A stretch of 64,000 nt of DNA from Sphingomonadaceae bacterium (GTDB taxonomy: Bacteria; Pseudomonadota; Alphaproteobacteria; Sphingomonadales; Sphingomonadaceae), in NCBI GenBank assembly GCA_947451145.1, contig CANFXW010000005.1, forward strand, positions 66,230 through 130,229, read 5' to 3'. Shown here piece after piece: positions 1 through 9,945 of the stretch. The translations under genes and the position numbers were made by a program. Below the pieces are notes generated by a model, which worked only from the letters and a program-made list of their open reading frames with translations, had not been told where the DNA came from and did not search any database. Each line of letters opens with the position of its first letter. Position 1 is the first letter of the stretch.

Positions 1-3000
1 GACGCTTATCTCATCCATCTTGATGCCGGTCCGAGCGAGTATCCTGCCGACGGTGGCCGCGCGCGCCGGCAATTCGGCCAGCAGGTTAAGGTCCATCGTG
101 CGTATGATCCTGAGCCGGCTTTCATCGCTGATGTTCGCCTCCAGCAGTTTTTGTCGGAAATCGTCGTCCACGTTGCACTGTTCCTCGGCTTCGAAGAACT
201 CTGCGATGTTCTTCTCCACGAAGGTGACGCCTAGCGGGGGATTACCGCTGAGATGCGCCAGGTTGCTGGCGGAGAAATGGATCGCGTTCAGGTCCACGAG
301 TATCTTGGTCTTCGCTGCGCTGAGGTGCTGTGGGAGAGCTTTGAACCGTCTCGGAAGCGCTCCAACATAGGTAGCATATGCTTCATCGCTCAACGCGTCG
401 TTCTCGATTATGAACTGGCGCAATGGTGCGGCCTGATCGCTGCCCGAAACCTTGTGGCCGGAGAGTGCTCGCAAGGTTTCGGCGCTGTTCAGAAACTGAA
501 CGAGCGTCTCCGCATCGTAATTTTCGCCGCCAAGAAAAGTCAGGCAGTTTTCCCAAGTCGCCTCGATTTTCTGGATTTGAAATAGCGTGGCGTGGAGCAT
601 GCCCGGAACTTGGTCCAAGGTTGGGAGCGCTGTTGACTGCTTCTCGAGAAATTCCACCATGGATTCGAGTCCCACGTCGCTCCGCCCAATGACACATTGA
701 ATGGTTGAAACGCTCTCTCGGCGATTGTCTGGCAAACGAAGCAGGACGTTACTCATATACTCGTCGAAGCAACCATCGATCTTCGACAGAAGCGGTCCGC
801 TCCCGGATTCAAGCGCTACCGTGTAATTTTGTTCACGCGCCCGATCGGGGTCGTCGATGACGAGGACTGCCCGCAGGATGAAGTCCAGATTGTCGATGGA
901 GAGTTGATAAAAACCCTCGTCGAACAAGACCCGCATGACCGCCGGGTGGGCCGCCACGGCGGCCAGATCGGTTACTTCGACGTCGAGTAATCGCAGGCGT
1001 TCCGCGGGAAAATCGACCTCCTGCGTCAGAATGTCGGCCAATCGGTTTGAAATGAAGTCGGTCAGCGCCGGGTGCCTAGAGGCGAGGTCTCTCAGACGCG
1101 CGTCCGGGAGGTGGCTGATGATGCGCGACACATGCATAACACTACCGGCGCTGGTCACCGTCGCCGCGACGAACCCAGGCCATGTCGTTGCCAATCTGGA
1201 GGTAAGCGCCGTGACGGCTTTGCCTCGGGCATAGTAACTCGAGAAAAACTTCTCGCAGGCGTCGAAATCGGACGCGATGAAGTCCAGCAAGCGCCTCGTC
1301 TGCGTTTCATAGCCCGAAGGATCGGCAAGCAGGCAGTCGACGATTGTGACGTTGAGAACGTAGTTCCGGCTGAAATCCTCGTCGCGCATCGCGGCGACGA
1401 CCTCCTTCGGATTGTCGATCTGAAAATCGGGATCCGGAGTCCTGAAGCTGCGTATTTGAATCAGAAACTTGTTATCGCTGGGGGAGAGGCGTCCTGAATG
1501 GAAAAGCGACGTATACTGGTAGTAGGTGTCATCCAGATGACCCTCGAGCACCAGAAAGCGCGCCAGATCTGCACCCTCCCCGAATTTATCGAACAAGGCG
1601 TCGGCTTCGTCCACATTGTCCCGGATGACCTCGTTGAACTTGGCCATGCGCAAGGTGCCCAATTTCGCCCGCAGGTCGCGAATTTGCCTGAGTGACGCTT
1701 CTTTGAACGCAGCAGACTTCTTCTCGACGTCACCCTTTCGCTGCTGAAACGTCCTGTGAGGATCGACCTTTGCCTGCAGATCGTTCAGCTGAAGTTGCTG
1801 CTGATGGCCTTGATTTGTGGCAATCTGCAGTTGGCGCGATTCCACCATTGCATCGAACCGCTCATCGCTTGCGAGGTTGTGTAGAAGGATCATGCTGTTG
1901 CGGTCGAGACCGACGCGACTCCAGCCTTCCGGTATTATTTCCACCATGGCCATCGCATAGATCCGGCGTAATTCCGCGAGAGAGTTCGGCAACTGCCTAT
2001 CTCCGTCGTCGACGAGCTTCTCGAGGCGGGCGATCTCGTGCGTATATCGAGATTCGCTCGCCGCGATGTTTTGATCGTGACTGCGAAGAACCTGTGCGAG
2101 ATTGCCCTTTCCGCGATGGAGGCTCTCGAAGTCGCTTGGAAACACGTTCTTGTAGATCAAGACCGCCAACAGCTTATTGACGTCCAGATTGTTTTCATTC
2201 TCAGTTTCGAGGTTTGCTACGTAGATGGCATATTCATTGAAAATGTTCTGTATGAGCCTGAGGTCGTTCAGATATCGAGAAACCTCCCGCAGAAACTGAT
2301 GATCGAGCCTATCATCGAGAGAAAGGCGCTTGCCCTGCTCCAGCACCTTGTCGATCGAATTCGAGCTGTTGATGATGGGGATAACGGGAATGATGAATTC
2401 GAAGAACTTGGTTCGATCAGTGTTCGCGAACATGTCGTCGCGAAGAGCGTAAAGAAACCGAATGTGTCGCTTGCCGCGTAGATTGGCATTCACGAGGCTG
2501 TTAATCTCGCGCAGCGTGACAAAAATGTCGGGATTATTGAACCTGTCCAGATCCTCGATCACGACAAGGTCATATTGCGTGGATTGGAAGAAATATATGA
2601 TCTCGTCCAGGTGACGGTTCAGGATGGATTCCTCGGTCGCCGCTTTGGGCGTGATCTCGATATCCTTCAGAGATATGCTCTTCAGCGATATTCCGAAACT
2701 CGCGATATAAAGATGATGGATGACCTTCCAAATGAACCCGCCGCCGATCGCAAAGGCGAGCAGGTTTAGCCAGTTCACCACGGCCAACGGACGAAAATAG
2801 TCGCCCGCCATTATCGCATCTCGCTGCTGGAACAGATGCCAACAGGAGATGACGCCGAGTATTATGAATAGAGAGGCCAGCATCGACCAACGGCCAGGCG
2901 ACTGTATCCGCTTGAACCTCGAAAGCGGAAGCCGTCTGGCATCGGCGCCGTAGAGCATCTGCTGAAGAATGCTGCGCTCGATCTCCTGCCTGCCTACCTT

Positions 3001-3327
3001 GCCGTTGTTTGACCCCGTTTCAGGCAGAGCTTCCGGCAGGAACGCGGCCAAGGATATCTGCAGAACCGGTCTCTTATACCCCTTGAGGAAGGACTTGATG
3101 ATGCTGCTCTTGCCTGATCCATAGGGCCCGGTGAGGGCGATGTTCATCACGCGGGGATTGTTGGTCGCCTTGGTCAAGGCAGCCGAATAGACACCCGCCG
3201 GGTCGGCTTGGTCCGTCGGGGCAAGATCGACGTATCGGGATTCAGCGCCTGCTTCCTCGGGTTTTCGAGTGAGCCGATTTGCAGCCGTCGTAAGCCAGCC
3301 CGCTAGTTTCGTTCGATAGTCGAACAA
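1..3327 (-). CDS. YobI-like / KAP-type P-loop NTPase with two TM helices inserted in the NTPase domain; C-terminus runs off the window start (>=1109 aa)
   Basis: Absent from the supplied ORF track because it has no stop inside the window. My reverse-strand translation stays open in one frame from ~3375 to base 1 (frame checked at 3129, 2571, 1137, 660, 18). Walker A LTGPYGSGKSS (~3103-3138). Two hydrophobic helices follow (WSMLASLFIILGVISCWHLF; LAVVNWLNLLAFAIGGGFIW). Walker B is DLVVIEDLDRF (~2541-2571). The start is uncertain: TTG at 3327 is used here, and GTG-ATG (VMNIAL) near 3150 is the alternative. Confidence 0.6.
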   Translation of the reverse strand, partial: MFDYRTKLAGWLTTAANRLTRKPEEAGAESRYVDLAPTDQADPAGVYSAALTKATNNPRVMNIALTGPYGSGKSSIIKSFLKGYKRPVLQISLAAFLPEALPETGSNNGKVGRQEIERSILQQMLYGADARRLPLSRFKRIQSPGRWSMLASLFIILGVISCWHLFQQRDAIMAGDYFRPLAVVNWLNLLAFAIGGGFIWKVIHHLYIASFGISLKSISLKDIEITPKAATEESILNRHLDEIIYFFQSTQYDLVVIEDLDRFNNPDIFVTLREINSLVNANLRGKRHIRFLYALRDDMFANTDRTKFFEFIIPVIPIINSSNSIDKVLEQGKRLSLDDRLDHQFLREVSRYLNDLRLIQNIFNEYAIYVANLETENENNLDVNKLLAVLIYKNVFPSDFESLHRGKGNLAQVLRSHDQNIAASESRYTHEIARLEKLVDDGDRQLPNSLAELRRIYAMAMVEIIPEGWSRVGLDRNSMILLHNLASDERFDAMVESRQLQIATNQGHQQQLQLNDLQAKVDPHRTFQQRKGDVEKKSAAFKEASLRQIRDLRAKLGTLRMAKFNEVIRDNVDEADALFDKFGEGADLARFLVLEGHLDDTYYQYTSLFHSGRLSPSDNKFLIQIRSFRTPDPDFQIDNPKEVVAAMRDEDFSRNYVLNVTIVDCLLADPSGYETQTRRLLDFIASDFDACEKFFSSYYARGKAVTALTSRLATTWPGFVAATVTSAGSVMHVSRIISHLPDARLRDLASRHPALTDFISNRLADILTQEVDFPAERLRLLDVEVTDLAAVAAHPAVMRVLFDEGFYQLSIDNLDFILRAVLVIDDPDRAREQNYTVALESGSGPLLSKIDGCFDEYMSNVLLRLPDNRRESVSTIQCVIGRSDVGLESMVEFLEKQSTALPTLDQVPGMLHATLFQIQKIEATWENCLTFLGGENYDAETLVQFLNSAETLRALSGHKVSGSDQAAPLRQFIIENDALSDEAYATYVGALPRRFKALPQHLSAAKTKILVDLNAIHFSASNLAHLSGNPPLGVTFVEKNIAEFFEAEEQCNVDDDFRQKLLEANISDESRLRIIRTMDLNLLAELPARAATVGRILARTGIKMDEISV

Positions 3328-3385
3328 GTTTGAAGCCCTTAGATAAAGTGTGACGAAAGCATTTTGCGCATGAGCGAGCTTTGCC

Positions 3386-4246
3386 TTAACCACAGGCAAT
3401 TCCGGCTAGCTTATCGACCTTGGCGAGGAAAAAGCGCTCACTCCACAGGTCAACCGATTTAAGATCGGCAGGACGCAGGAAGCGCTCGACATCTTTTGCC
3501 GCTTCCTTCCACTCGATCCGAGTGATTGCGCCAGAAAGCGCAGCCTTCAACCATGACATGTCGACTTGGAGCGACCCGTCACCGGCCCATGGCCCTGCCT
3601 GAACGAGCGCGTTTTGCAAAAGGACGAAATTGGGTTCGAGCCCGCGCGAAACATACCAGGAGAAGTCGAACCAGTCGCGACCTTTGAGGAAGCCTCGGCA
3701 TAGCAGGGCATGAATCTTCAGCGCGAAATTGGATGCCAGATCCTGATGGCGCACCTCATAGTCGGCTGGAAAATCAAGATAGGTGGTCGCCTCGGCCGAT
3801 CCTGCGGGCGGGTTCACATCAATTTCCAGCTTAATCTTGATCGCCTTGCGATGGCCGGTGCCTGCGAATGACAGGTCGAGCTGGCTGGCGATGGAATCGT
3901 CCTTGAGCAGCGCCTGGCGAATGGCCGTATCCATGCGCGGCTTGGGATGCGCTTCCAGCGTCAGTCCGAACTGGCCGAACACCTCGGTCATCCCCTCGAG
4001 GTAAGGGGACCAGTCGAAGTCCATGTTCGGCACGCGCAGGAGAAAGTCCAAGTCCTCGGAAAAGCGTGGCAGGCCGTGTAAAATGCGCAAGCTGGTGCCG
4101 CCCTGGAACAGGGCGCAATCGAAGAAATCGGCGCGCCACAGCGCGTATAGCGCAATCTCCTGGAGGACCTCCTTGAGCGCGTTTTCCTCTTCAAGCGCAT
4201 TGGTGGCGCCATAGCGGCCGAGCTTTTCCTTGATGATGTCAATCAT
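3386..4246 (-). CDS. abiEii: AbiEii/AbiGii-family nucleotidyltransferase toxin (DUF1814)
   Basis: 286-aa ORF. N-terminal motif ALFQGGTSLRILHGLPRFSEDLDF is typical of the AbiEii NTase fold. It overlaps the upstream AbiEi-like gene by 8 nt. Confidence 0.75.
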   Translation of the reverse strand: MIDIIKEKLGRYGATNALEEENALKEVLQEIALYALWRADFFDCALFQGGTSLRILHGLPRFSEDLDFLLRVPNMDFDWSPYLEGMTEVFGQFGLTLEAHPKPRMDTAIRQALLKDDSIASQLDLSFAGTGHRKAIKIKLEIDVNPPAGSAEATTYLDFPADYEVRHQDLASNFALKIHALLCRGFLKGRDWFDFSWYVSRGLEPNFVLLQNALVQAGPWAGDGSLQVDMSWLKAALSGAITRIEWKEAAKDVERFLRPADLKSVDLWSERFFLAKVDKLAGIACG

Positions 4247-4925
4247 GCAGCGATCCCCTGCCTTGAGCCCGTCTTGCCGTCAGAACCACATCTTCAAGCT
4301 CGGAATGGAAGGCGTTGACTGCCTTGTGCTTGTAAACCAACTTCACTGCGGCAAAGTCCTTTTGCGTCAATGCCAGAAGCGCCTCGTCATCGATCCGCAT
4401 GCCACTGGTCAGCCAATCGAGGCCAGACCATTCCACTTTGCGCAGGGCGACAAGATCCATAAGGGCGCGTAGCGGCGTAGCGACAAAGGCGGTGAGCTTG
4501 TCGAAGGTCACCCGTTCGACGCCGCCAAGGAAGCAATAATCAGCAATGGCGAGCGGATGATATTTGAAGGAACCGAATTCGGTGGCCGGGATCTCCAGCG
4601 TTTTACGCCCCGGCGTCACGCTGGCAGTGACAAGCACGGCCTCAGGAATCCAGCCATGGTAAGCCAGCGCGCTTTCAAAGGAAATATAGCTCCCGGGAAG
4701 CAAAGCCTGCGCCACCGCGAAGGGATGCACAGGAGCGCTTCGATGCGCCTTGGCAAGCGTATAAACCCCGCGCTTCAGGCGAATGAGTGACCCGTCCTTG
4801 AGGGCGCGGTTGACGAGGCCATATCGCCGGGCATCACCTCCCCCCAGCAGTTCGCTGAGCTGGCGTTCATTGAAGACCCGGTCGCGCAGCGCGCTTGCGG
4901 ATACCTGTTGCGCTAGGCTGGACAT
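4239..4925 (-). CDS. abiEi: AbiEi-family type IV antitoxin / transcriptional regulator
   Basis: 228-aa ORF directly upstream of AbiEii and overlapping it. The N-terminal wHTH-like segment (RRYGLVNRALKDGSLIRLKRGVYTL) matches the AbiEi pattern. An AT-rich promoter region lies upstream. Confidence 0.7.
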   Translation of the reverse strand: MSSLAQQVSASALRDRVFNERQLSELLGGGDARRYGLVNRALKDGSLIRLKRGVYTLAKAHRSAPVHPFAVAQALLPGSYISFESALAYHGWIPEAVLVTASVTPGRKTLEIPATEFGSFKYHPLAIADYCFLGGVERVTFDKLTAFVATPLRALMDLVALRKVEWSGLDWLTSGMRIDDEALLALTQKDFAAVKLVYKHKAVNAFHSELEDVVLTARRAQGRGSLHD

Positions 4926-4926
4926 A

Positions 4927-4967
4927 AAATTCTCAATACTTCCTAATTATGAAAGTTTCAAGAATTT
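4927..4967 (-). promoter_or_regulatory. Candidate AbiE promoter/operator: inverted repeats in an AT-rich leader
   Basis: AAATTCT (4927-4933) and AGAATTT (4961-4967) are reverse complements. An internal palindrome TGAAAGTTTCA sits at 4950-4960. The region lies immediately upstream of the abiEi start, and AbiEi proteins are known autorepressors that bind inverted repeats. Confidence 0.3.
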
Positions 4968-5193
4968 CTACATCTCCGCCTATGCGCACCGTTCGCGCTG
5001 CAATTGACTCCCTCAGGCGTGCGTCGGCGGCGCACAGGCCATCGTCAAAGCGTTTCCAACTACGCCCCTCCCTGTTTTTCTATCCCCCACTGCTACGACG
5101 CTAAATCCTTGTTGAACTAGCACCTTTTCTGCGTCTCTTACTCATCCCCGTCGAGCCGGACGATCCTGTCCCGCTCCCGAAGCGGGGTATCCG

Positions 5194-6177
5194 ATGGGCG
5201 CTGAGCCAGTCCGAATTGAAGCACGTTCACGCGGCGCACGCATGCTGCGCACGGCTATGGGCGTCTCGATTGCGACCTGGCTGGCTGACCTGCAGGTCAT
5301 CGAGATCATGCTCAATCCTGACGGACGCCTCTGGGTCGACCGGTTGGGCATCGGACTGTCCGACAGTGGTGAACGCCTGACGGCAGCCGATGGTGAGCGC
5401 ATCATCCGATTGGTTGCCCATCATGTGGGTGCCGAAGTTCACGGCGATGCACCGCGCGTGTCAGCGGAGCTGCCGGAAAGCGGAGAACGGTTCGAAGGCC
5501 TCCTGCCACCGGTGGTGGCGGCTCCCACCTTTGCCATCCGCAAGCCCGCCGTCGCGGTGTTCCTGCTCGAGGACTATGTCAGCGCAGGAATCATGTGCGT
5601 AGCTGAAGCCGACAGGCTTCGTTCGGGCGTTGCAGAACGGCTGAACATCCTTGTCGCTGGGGGCACTGGCACCGGCAAAACGACGCTCACGAACGCGCTC
5701 CTCGCCGAAGTCGCCAAGACCACCGACCGGGTGGTTCTCATCGAAGATACCCGTGAGCTGCAATGCCGCGCGCCAAATCTTGTGGCGATGCGCACCAAGG
5801 ATGGCGTTGCATCGCTTTCCGATCTGGTCCGCTCCAGCCTTCGACTTCGCCCTGACCGGATTCCGATTGGCGAAGTCCGCGGCGCCGAGGCGCTTGACCT
5901 CCTCAAGGCCTGGGGCACCGGCCACCCTGGCGGGATCGGGACGATCCATGCTGGCAGTGCGATCGGTGCGCTCCGGCGGATGGAGCAGCTGATCCAGGAA
6001 GCGGTGGTCACCGTTCCGCGCGCCCTGATCGCCGAGACCATCAACCTCGTCGCCGTACTGGTGCGCGACGGCACCGGGCGGCGTCTCGCCGAACTGGCCC
6101 GCGTCGACGGGCTCGACCCCGTCACCGGCGACTACCGCCTGATTCCCGCCACCCAAACCCAAGGAGACTCCCTATGA
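5194..6177 (+). CDS. trbB: P-type conjugative transfer ATPase TrbB (VirB11 family)
   Basis: 327 aa. Walker [17 protein letters not shown]. First gene of a collinear trb operon. Its stop overlaps the trbC start. Confidence 0.9.
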   Translation: MGAEPVRIEARSRGARMLRTAMGVSIATWLADLQVIEIMLNPDGRLWVDRLGIGLSDSGERLTAADGERIIRLVAHHVGAEVHGDAPRVSAELPESGERFEGLLPPVVAAPTFAIRKPAVAVFLLEDYVSAGIMCVAEADRLRSGVAERLNILVAGGTGTGKTTLTNALLAEVAKTTDRVVLIEDTRELQCRAPNLVAMRTKDGVASLSDLVRSSLRLRPDRIPIGEVRGAEALDLLKAWGTGHPGGIGTIHAGSAIGALRRMEQLIQEAVVTVPRALIAETINLVAVLVRDGTGRRLAELARVDGLDPVTGDYRLIPATQTQGDSL

Positions 6178-6506
6178 TCCATGCCCTCCGGCGCGGCACC
6201 AATCGCGCTGCGCTCGCTGCGACTGCTGCTTTCGTGATGGTGGCCACTGCCACCCCGGCGCATGCCGGTGGTTCGTCGATGCCGTGGGAAGCCCCGCTGC
6301 AGTCGATCCTCGAGAGCATCGAGGGGCCGGTCGCCAAGATCGTTGCGGTGATCATCATCATCGTCACCGGCCTCAGCCTGGCCTTCGGCGACACGTCGGG
6401 CGGCTTTCGCCGGCTGATCCAGATCGTGTTCGGCCTCTCCATCGCCTTTGCCGCATCGAGCTTCTTCCTGAGCTTCTTCAGCTTCGGCGGCGGAGCGCTG
6501 ATCTGA
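6174..6506 (+). CDS. trbC: TrbC/VirB2-family pilin
   Basis: 110 aa with a signal-like N-terminus and two hydrophobic helices. Position between trbB and trbD. Confidence 0.8.
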   Translation: MIHALRRGTNRAALAATAAFVMVATATPAHAGGSSMPWEAPLQSILESIEGPVAKIVAVIIIIVTGLSLAFGDTSGGFRRLIQIVFGLSIAFAASSFFLSFFSFGGGALI

Positions 6507-6775
6507 TGACATCGGCAGACGACATCCCCGGCTTCTATGCCCCGGTCCACCGCGCACTGGCCGAGCCGATCCTGCTCGGCGGTGCGCCGCGTGCACTCGC
6601 CATCGTCAATGGCACGCTGGCGGGCGCGATTGGCCTCGGCTTGCGGCTCTGGCTCGCTGGCCTTGCCATCTGGGCAATCGGTCATGTGCTTTCGGTCTGG
6701 GCTGCACGCCGCGATCCCCAGTTTGTCGATGTCGCGCGCCGCCATCTCAAATATCCGACCTGGGTGCGGCCATGA
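6506..6775 (+). CDS. trbD: TrbD (VirB3-like) conjugal transfer protein
   Basis: In-frame ATG at 6506 (MTSADDIPGFYAPVHRAL...) overlaps the trbC stop (TGATG). 89 aa, hydrophobic. The track ORF 6284..6775 is an N-terminally over-extended version. Confidence 0.8.
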   Translation: MTSADDIPGFYAPVHRALAEPILLGGAPRALAIVNGTLAGAIGLGLRLWLAGLAIWAIGHVLSVWAARRDPQFVDVARRHLKYPTWVRP

Positions 6776-9228
6776 TGTCACTTCAGGAATATCGGACCAA
6801 ATCCGCCAGTCTCGCAGACTTCCTCCCCTGGGTCGCACTGGTGGGGCAGGGCGTGGTGCTCAACAAGGACGGATCTTTCCAGCGGACAGCGCGCTTTCGC
6901 GGTCCCGATCTCGACAGTGCCACGCCCGCCGAACTCGTGGCCGTCACCTCCCGGCTCAACAACGCCCTGCGGCGGTTGGGTTCAGGATGGGCGGTTTTCG
7001 TCGAAGCGCAGCGCACCGCGGCGCAAGCCTATCCGCAATCCCGTTTTCCCGATCCTGTGTCGGCACTGGTCGACAGGGAACGCCGCGAACAGTTTCGTGA
7101 GGAAGGCGCGCATTTCGAAAGCGGCTATTATCTGACTCTGCTGTGGATGCCGCCGCCCGAGGAAGCGGCGCGCGCCGAAGGCTGGCTCTACGAAGGCAAG
7201 GCGTCGACCGGGGTCGATCCCAAGGAACTCGTCAAATCCTTCGCTGATCGTACCGACCGCGTGCTGCATCTGGTTGAGGGATTTATGCCCGAGGCCGCGT
7301 GGCTCGATGACACTGCCACGCTGACCTATCTCCACAGCACGGTATCGACCAGGACGCAGCGCGTTCGCGTGCCCGAAACGCCGGTCTATCTCGACGCGCT
7401 GCTGGCCGATGAGCCGCTGACCGGCGGTCTCGAACCCATGCTCGGCGCCCATCATTTGCGCACGCTCACCATCACCGGCTTTCCGACGGCGACCTTTCCC
7501 GGGCTGCTTGATGAGCTCAACCGGCAAGCCTTCCCTTACCGCTGGTCGACGCGGGCAATCATGCTCGACAAGACCGACGCCACCAAGTTGCTCTCGAAGA
7601 TTCGGCGGCAATGGTTCGCCAAGCGCAAATCGGTTGCTGCCATCCTCAAGGAGGTGATGACCAACGAGCAGTCGGTGCTGATGGATTCGGACGCCTCGAA
7701 CAAGGCGGCCGATGCCGACATGGCGCTGCAGGAACTCGGCGCGGATCATGCCGGCATTGCTTATGTCACTGCGACGGTCACGGTCTGGGACCGCGACCCG
7801 GCGCTGGCGGCGGAGAAGCTGAGGCTGGTCGAAAAGGTCATCCAGGGCCGCGACTTCACCTGCGCGATCGAAGGCATGAATGCGCTCGAGGCATGGCTCG
7901 GATCGCTTCCCGGCCATGTCTACGCCAATGTCCGGCAGCCGCCCATTTCCACACTCAATCTCGCCCACCTGATCCCCCTGTCAGCGGTATGGGCGGGAGC
8001 GGAACGGGACGAGCATTTCGGTGACGCCCCCTTGCTTTACGGCAAGACCGAAGGCTCGACCCCGTTCCGCCTTTCCCTTCATGTCGGCGATGTCGGACAC
8101 AGCCTCATCGTTGGCCCGACAGGGGCAGGCAAATCCGTGCTGCTGGCGCTGATGGCGTTGCAGTTCCGGCGCTACAAAGGCAGCCAGATCTTCGCCTTCG
8201 ATTTTGGTGGATCGATCCGCGCTGCCGCGCTCGGCATGGGCGGCGACTGGCAGGATCTCGGAGGCGCGCTGCATGCCGAGGAAGGCGACAGCGATGCCGT
8301 CGCCCTGCAGCCGCTTGCAAGGATCGACAACGCCGGCGAACGCGCCTGGGCCGCCGAATGGCTGGCGGCGATGCTGGCCGGCGAAGGCATGGTGATTGAC
8401 CCTGCCGCCAAAGAGCATCTCTGGTCGGCCCTGACATCGCTTGCGTCCGCTCCGCCTGCCGAACGCACCCTCACCGGCCTCGCGGTCCTGCTGCAATCCC
8501 AGGAATTGAAACAGGCACTCGCCCCGTATCTCATTGGCGGTCCATGGGGACGGCTGCTTGATGCCGAACAGGAACGTCTGGGCGAGGCATCTGTGCAGGC
8601 TTTCGAAACCGAAGGTCTGATCGGCGCATCATCGGCCGCTGCTGTGCTTGCCTATCTGTTCCACCGGATCGAGGGGCGGCTCGACGGCTCGCCGACCATG
8701 ATCATCATCGATGAAGGCTGGCTTGTTCTCGACAGCCCGGCCTTCGCCGCGCAACTGCGTGAATGGCTGAAGACGCTGCGCAAGAAGAATGCGAGCGTCA
8801 TCTTCGCGACACAGAGCCTTGCCGACATCGAGACGTCGGCCATCGCGCCTGCCATCATCGAAAGCTGCCCGACGCGCATCTTTCTGCCCAACGAGCGCGC
8901 GGCCGAACCGCAGATCGCACGGGTCTATGAGCGGTTCGGCCTCAATGATCGCCAGATCGAAATCCTGAGCCGGGCTACCCCGAAACGCGATTATTATTGT
9001 CAATCGCGGCGCGGCAACCGGTTGTTCGAGCTGGGACTCGGCGATGTCGCACTCGCCTTCAGCGCCGCCTCTTCCAAAACCGACCAGATCCGCATCGCCG
9101 AGCTTGTCGCAGCCCATGGCCGCGAAGGCTTTGCAACGGCCTGGCTCCAGAACCGCAGCCTCGAATGGGCGGCCGAGCTGCTTCCTCCCCCGTCGCCCGC
9201 ACTAACGGACAAGGAAAACCGCCCATGA
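6772..9228 (+). CDS. trbE: TrbE (VirB4-family) conjugal transfer ATPase
   Basis: 818 aa. Walker A VGPTGAGKS and Walker B-like MIIIDEGW. ATGA overlap with trbD. Confidence 0.9.
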   Translation: MMSLQEYRTKSASLADFLPWVALVGQGVVLNKDGSFQRTARFRGPDLDSATPAELVAVTSRLNNALRRLGSGWAVFVEAQRTAAQAYPQSRFPDPVSALVDRERREQFREEGAHFESGYYLTLLWMPPPEEAARAEGWLYEGKASTGVDPKELVKSFADRTDRVLHLVEGFMPEAAWLDDTATLTYLHSTVSTRTQRVRVPETPVYLDALLADEPLTGGLEPMLGAHHLRTLTITGFPTATFPGLLDELNRQAFPYRWSTRAIMLDKTDATKLLSKIRRQWFAKRKSVAAILKEVMTNEQSVLMDSDASNKAADADMALQELGADHAGIAYVTATVTVWDRDPALAAEKLRLVEKVIQGRDFTCAIEGMNALEAWLGSLPGHVYANVRQPPISTLNLAHLIPLSAVWAGAERDEHFGDAPLLYGKTEGSTPFRLSLHVGDVGHSLIVGPTGAGKSVLLALMALQFRRYKGSQIFAFDFGGSIRAAALGMGGDWQDLGGALHAEEGDSDAVALQPLARIDNAGERAWAAEWLAAMLAGEGMVIDPAAKEHLWSALTSLASAPPAERTLTGLAVLLQSQELKQALAPYLIGGPWGRLLDAEQERLGEASVQAFETEGLIGASSAAAVLAYLFHRIEGRLDGSPTMIIIDEGWLVLDSPAFAAQLREWLKTLRKKNASVIFATQSLADIETSAIAPAIIESCPTRIFLPNERAAEPQIARVYERFGLNDRQIEILSRATPKRDYYCQSRRGNRLFELGLGDVALAFSAASSKTDQIRIAELVAAHGREGFATAWLQNRSLEWAAELLPPPSPALTDKENRP

Positions 9229-9944
9229 AAATACCCGTCCTCCGCCGCGCTCTCATGGCGACGGCGATCGCCACTTCGCTGGTATCAGGCACCATGATCG
9301 CCGCGCCGGCGCAGGCCCAGTTTGGCGGGATCGTCTATGACCCCAGCAACTACGCGCAGAACGTACTGACCGCCGCCCGGACGCTGCAGCAAGTCAACAA
9401 CCAGATCCAGCAGATCCAGAACCAGGCGACCAGCCTCATCAACGAGGCCCGAAATCTTGCCAGTCTGCCGGTCTCGACGATCCAGACGCTGCAGCAACAG
9501 GTCGACCAGACCCGCCAGTTGCTGAACCAGGCCCAGCGCATCGCCTATGACGTGACCGACGTGCAGCAGGTGTTCAACGGCCGTTACAAGGGGGCGGCAC
9601 TGACCGGCGGGCAGGCCCAGATGGTCGCCAACGCCAATGCGCGATGGCAGGACAGCGTCGGCGCCTTCGAAGACGCAATGAAGGTTCAGGCCGGGATCGT
9701 CGGCAATCTGGGTGCGACCCGCAGCTCGATCACGACACTGGTCGGCGCCAGCCAGTCAGCGACCGGGGCTTTGCAGGCGGCACAGGCCGGCAATCAGCTA
9801 CTGGCTTTGCAAACCCAGCAACTGGCCGATCTGACCGCCGCTATTGCGGCGCAGGGCCGCGCGCAGTCGATCGAGGCCGCGCGCAATGCCGCGACCGAGG
9901 CCGAGGGCCGCGAGCGTTTCCGCCGCTTCCGGACCCGGAACTGA
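9225..9944 (+). CDS. trbJ: TrbJ (VirB5-like) P-type conjugative transfer protein
   Basis: ATG at 9225 overlaps the trbE stop. Signal peptide MKIPVLRRALMATAIATSLVSGTMIAAPAQA, then a coiled-coil-rich sequence (YDPSNYAQNVL...). Confidence 0.8.
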   Translation: MKIPVLRRALMATAIATSLVSGTMIAAPAQAQFGGIVYDPSNYAQNVLTAARTLQQVNNQIQQIQNQATSLINEARNLASLPVSTIQTLQQQVDQTRQLLNQAQRIAYDVTDVQQVFNGRYKGAALTGGQAQMVANANARWQDSVGAFEDAMKVQAGIVGNLGATRSSITTLVGASQSATGALQAAQAGNQLLALQTQQLADLTAAIAAQGRAQSIEAARNAATEAEGRERFRRFRTRN

Positions 9945-9945
9945 C

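Noticed and set aside
5040-5193. A remnant of the CopG-like gene upstream of trbB
   Set aside because: All three plus-strand frames contain stops or give Pro/Arg-rich nonsense, and I could recognise no RHH-like sequence by eye. This cannot be excluded without aligning to related ICEs.
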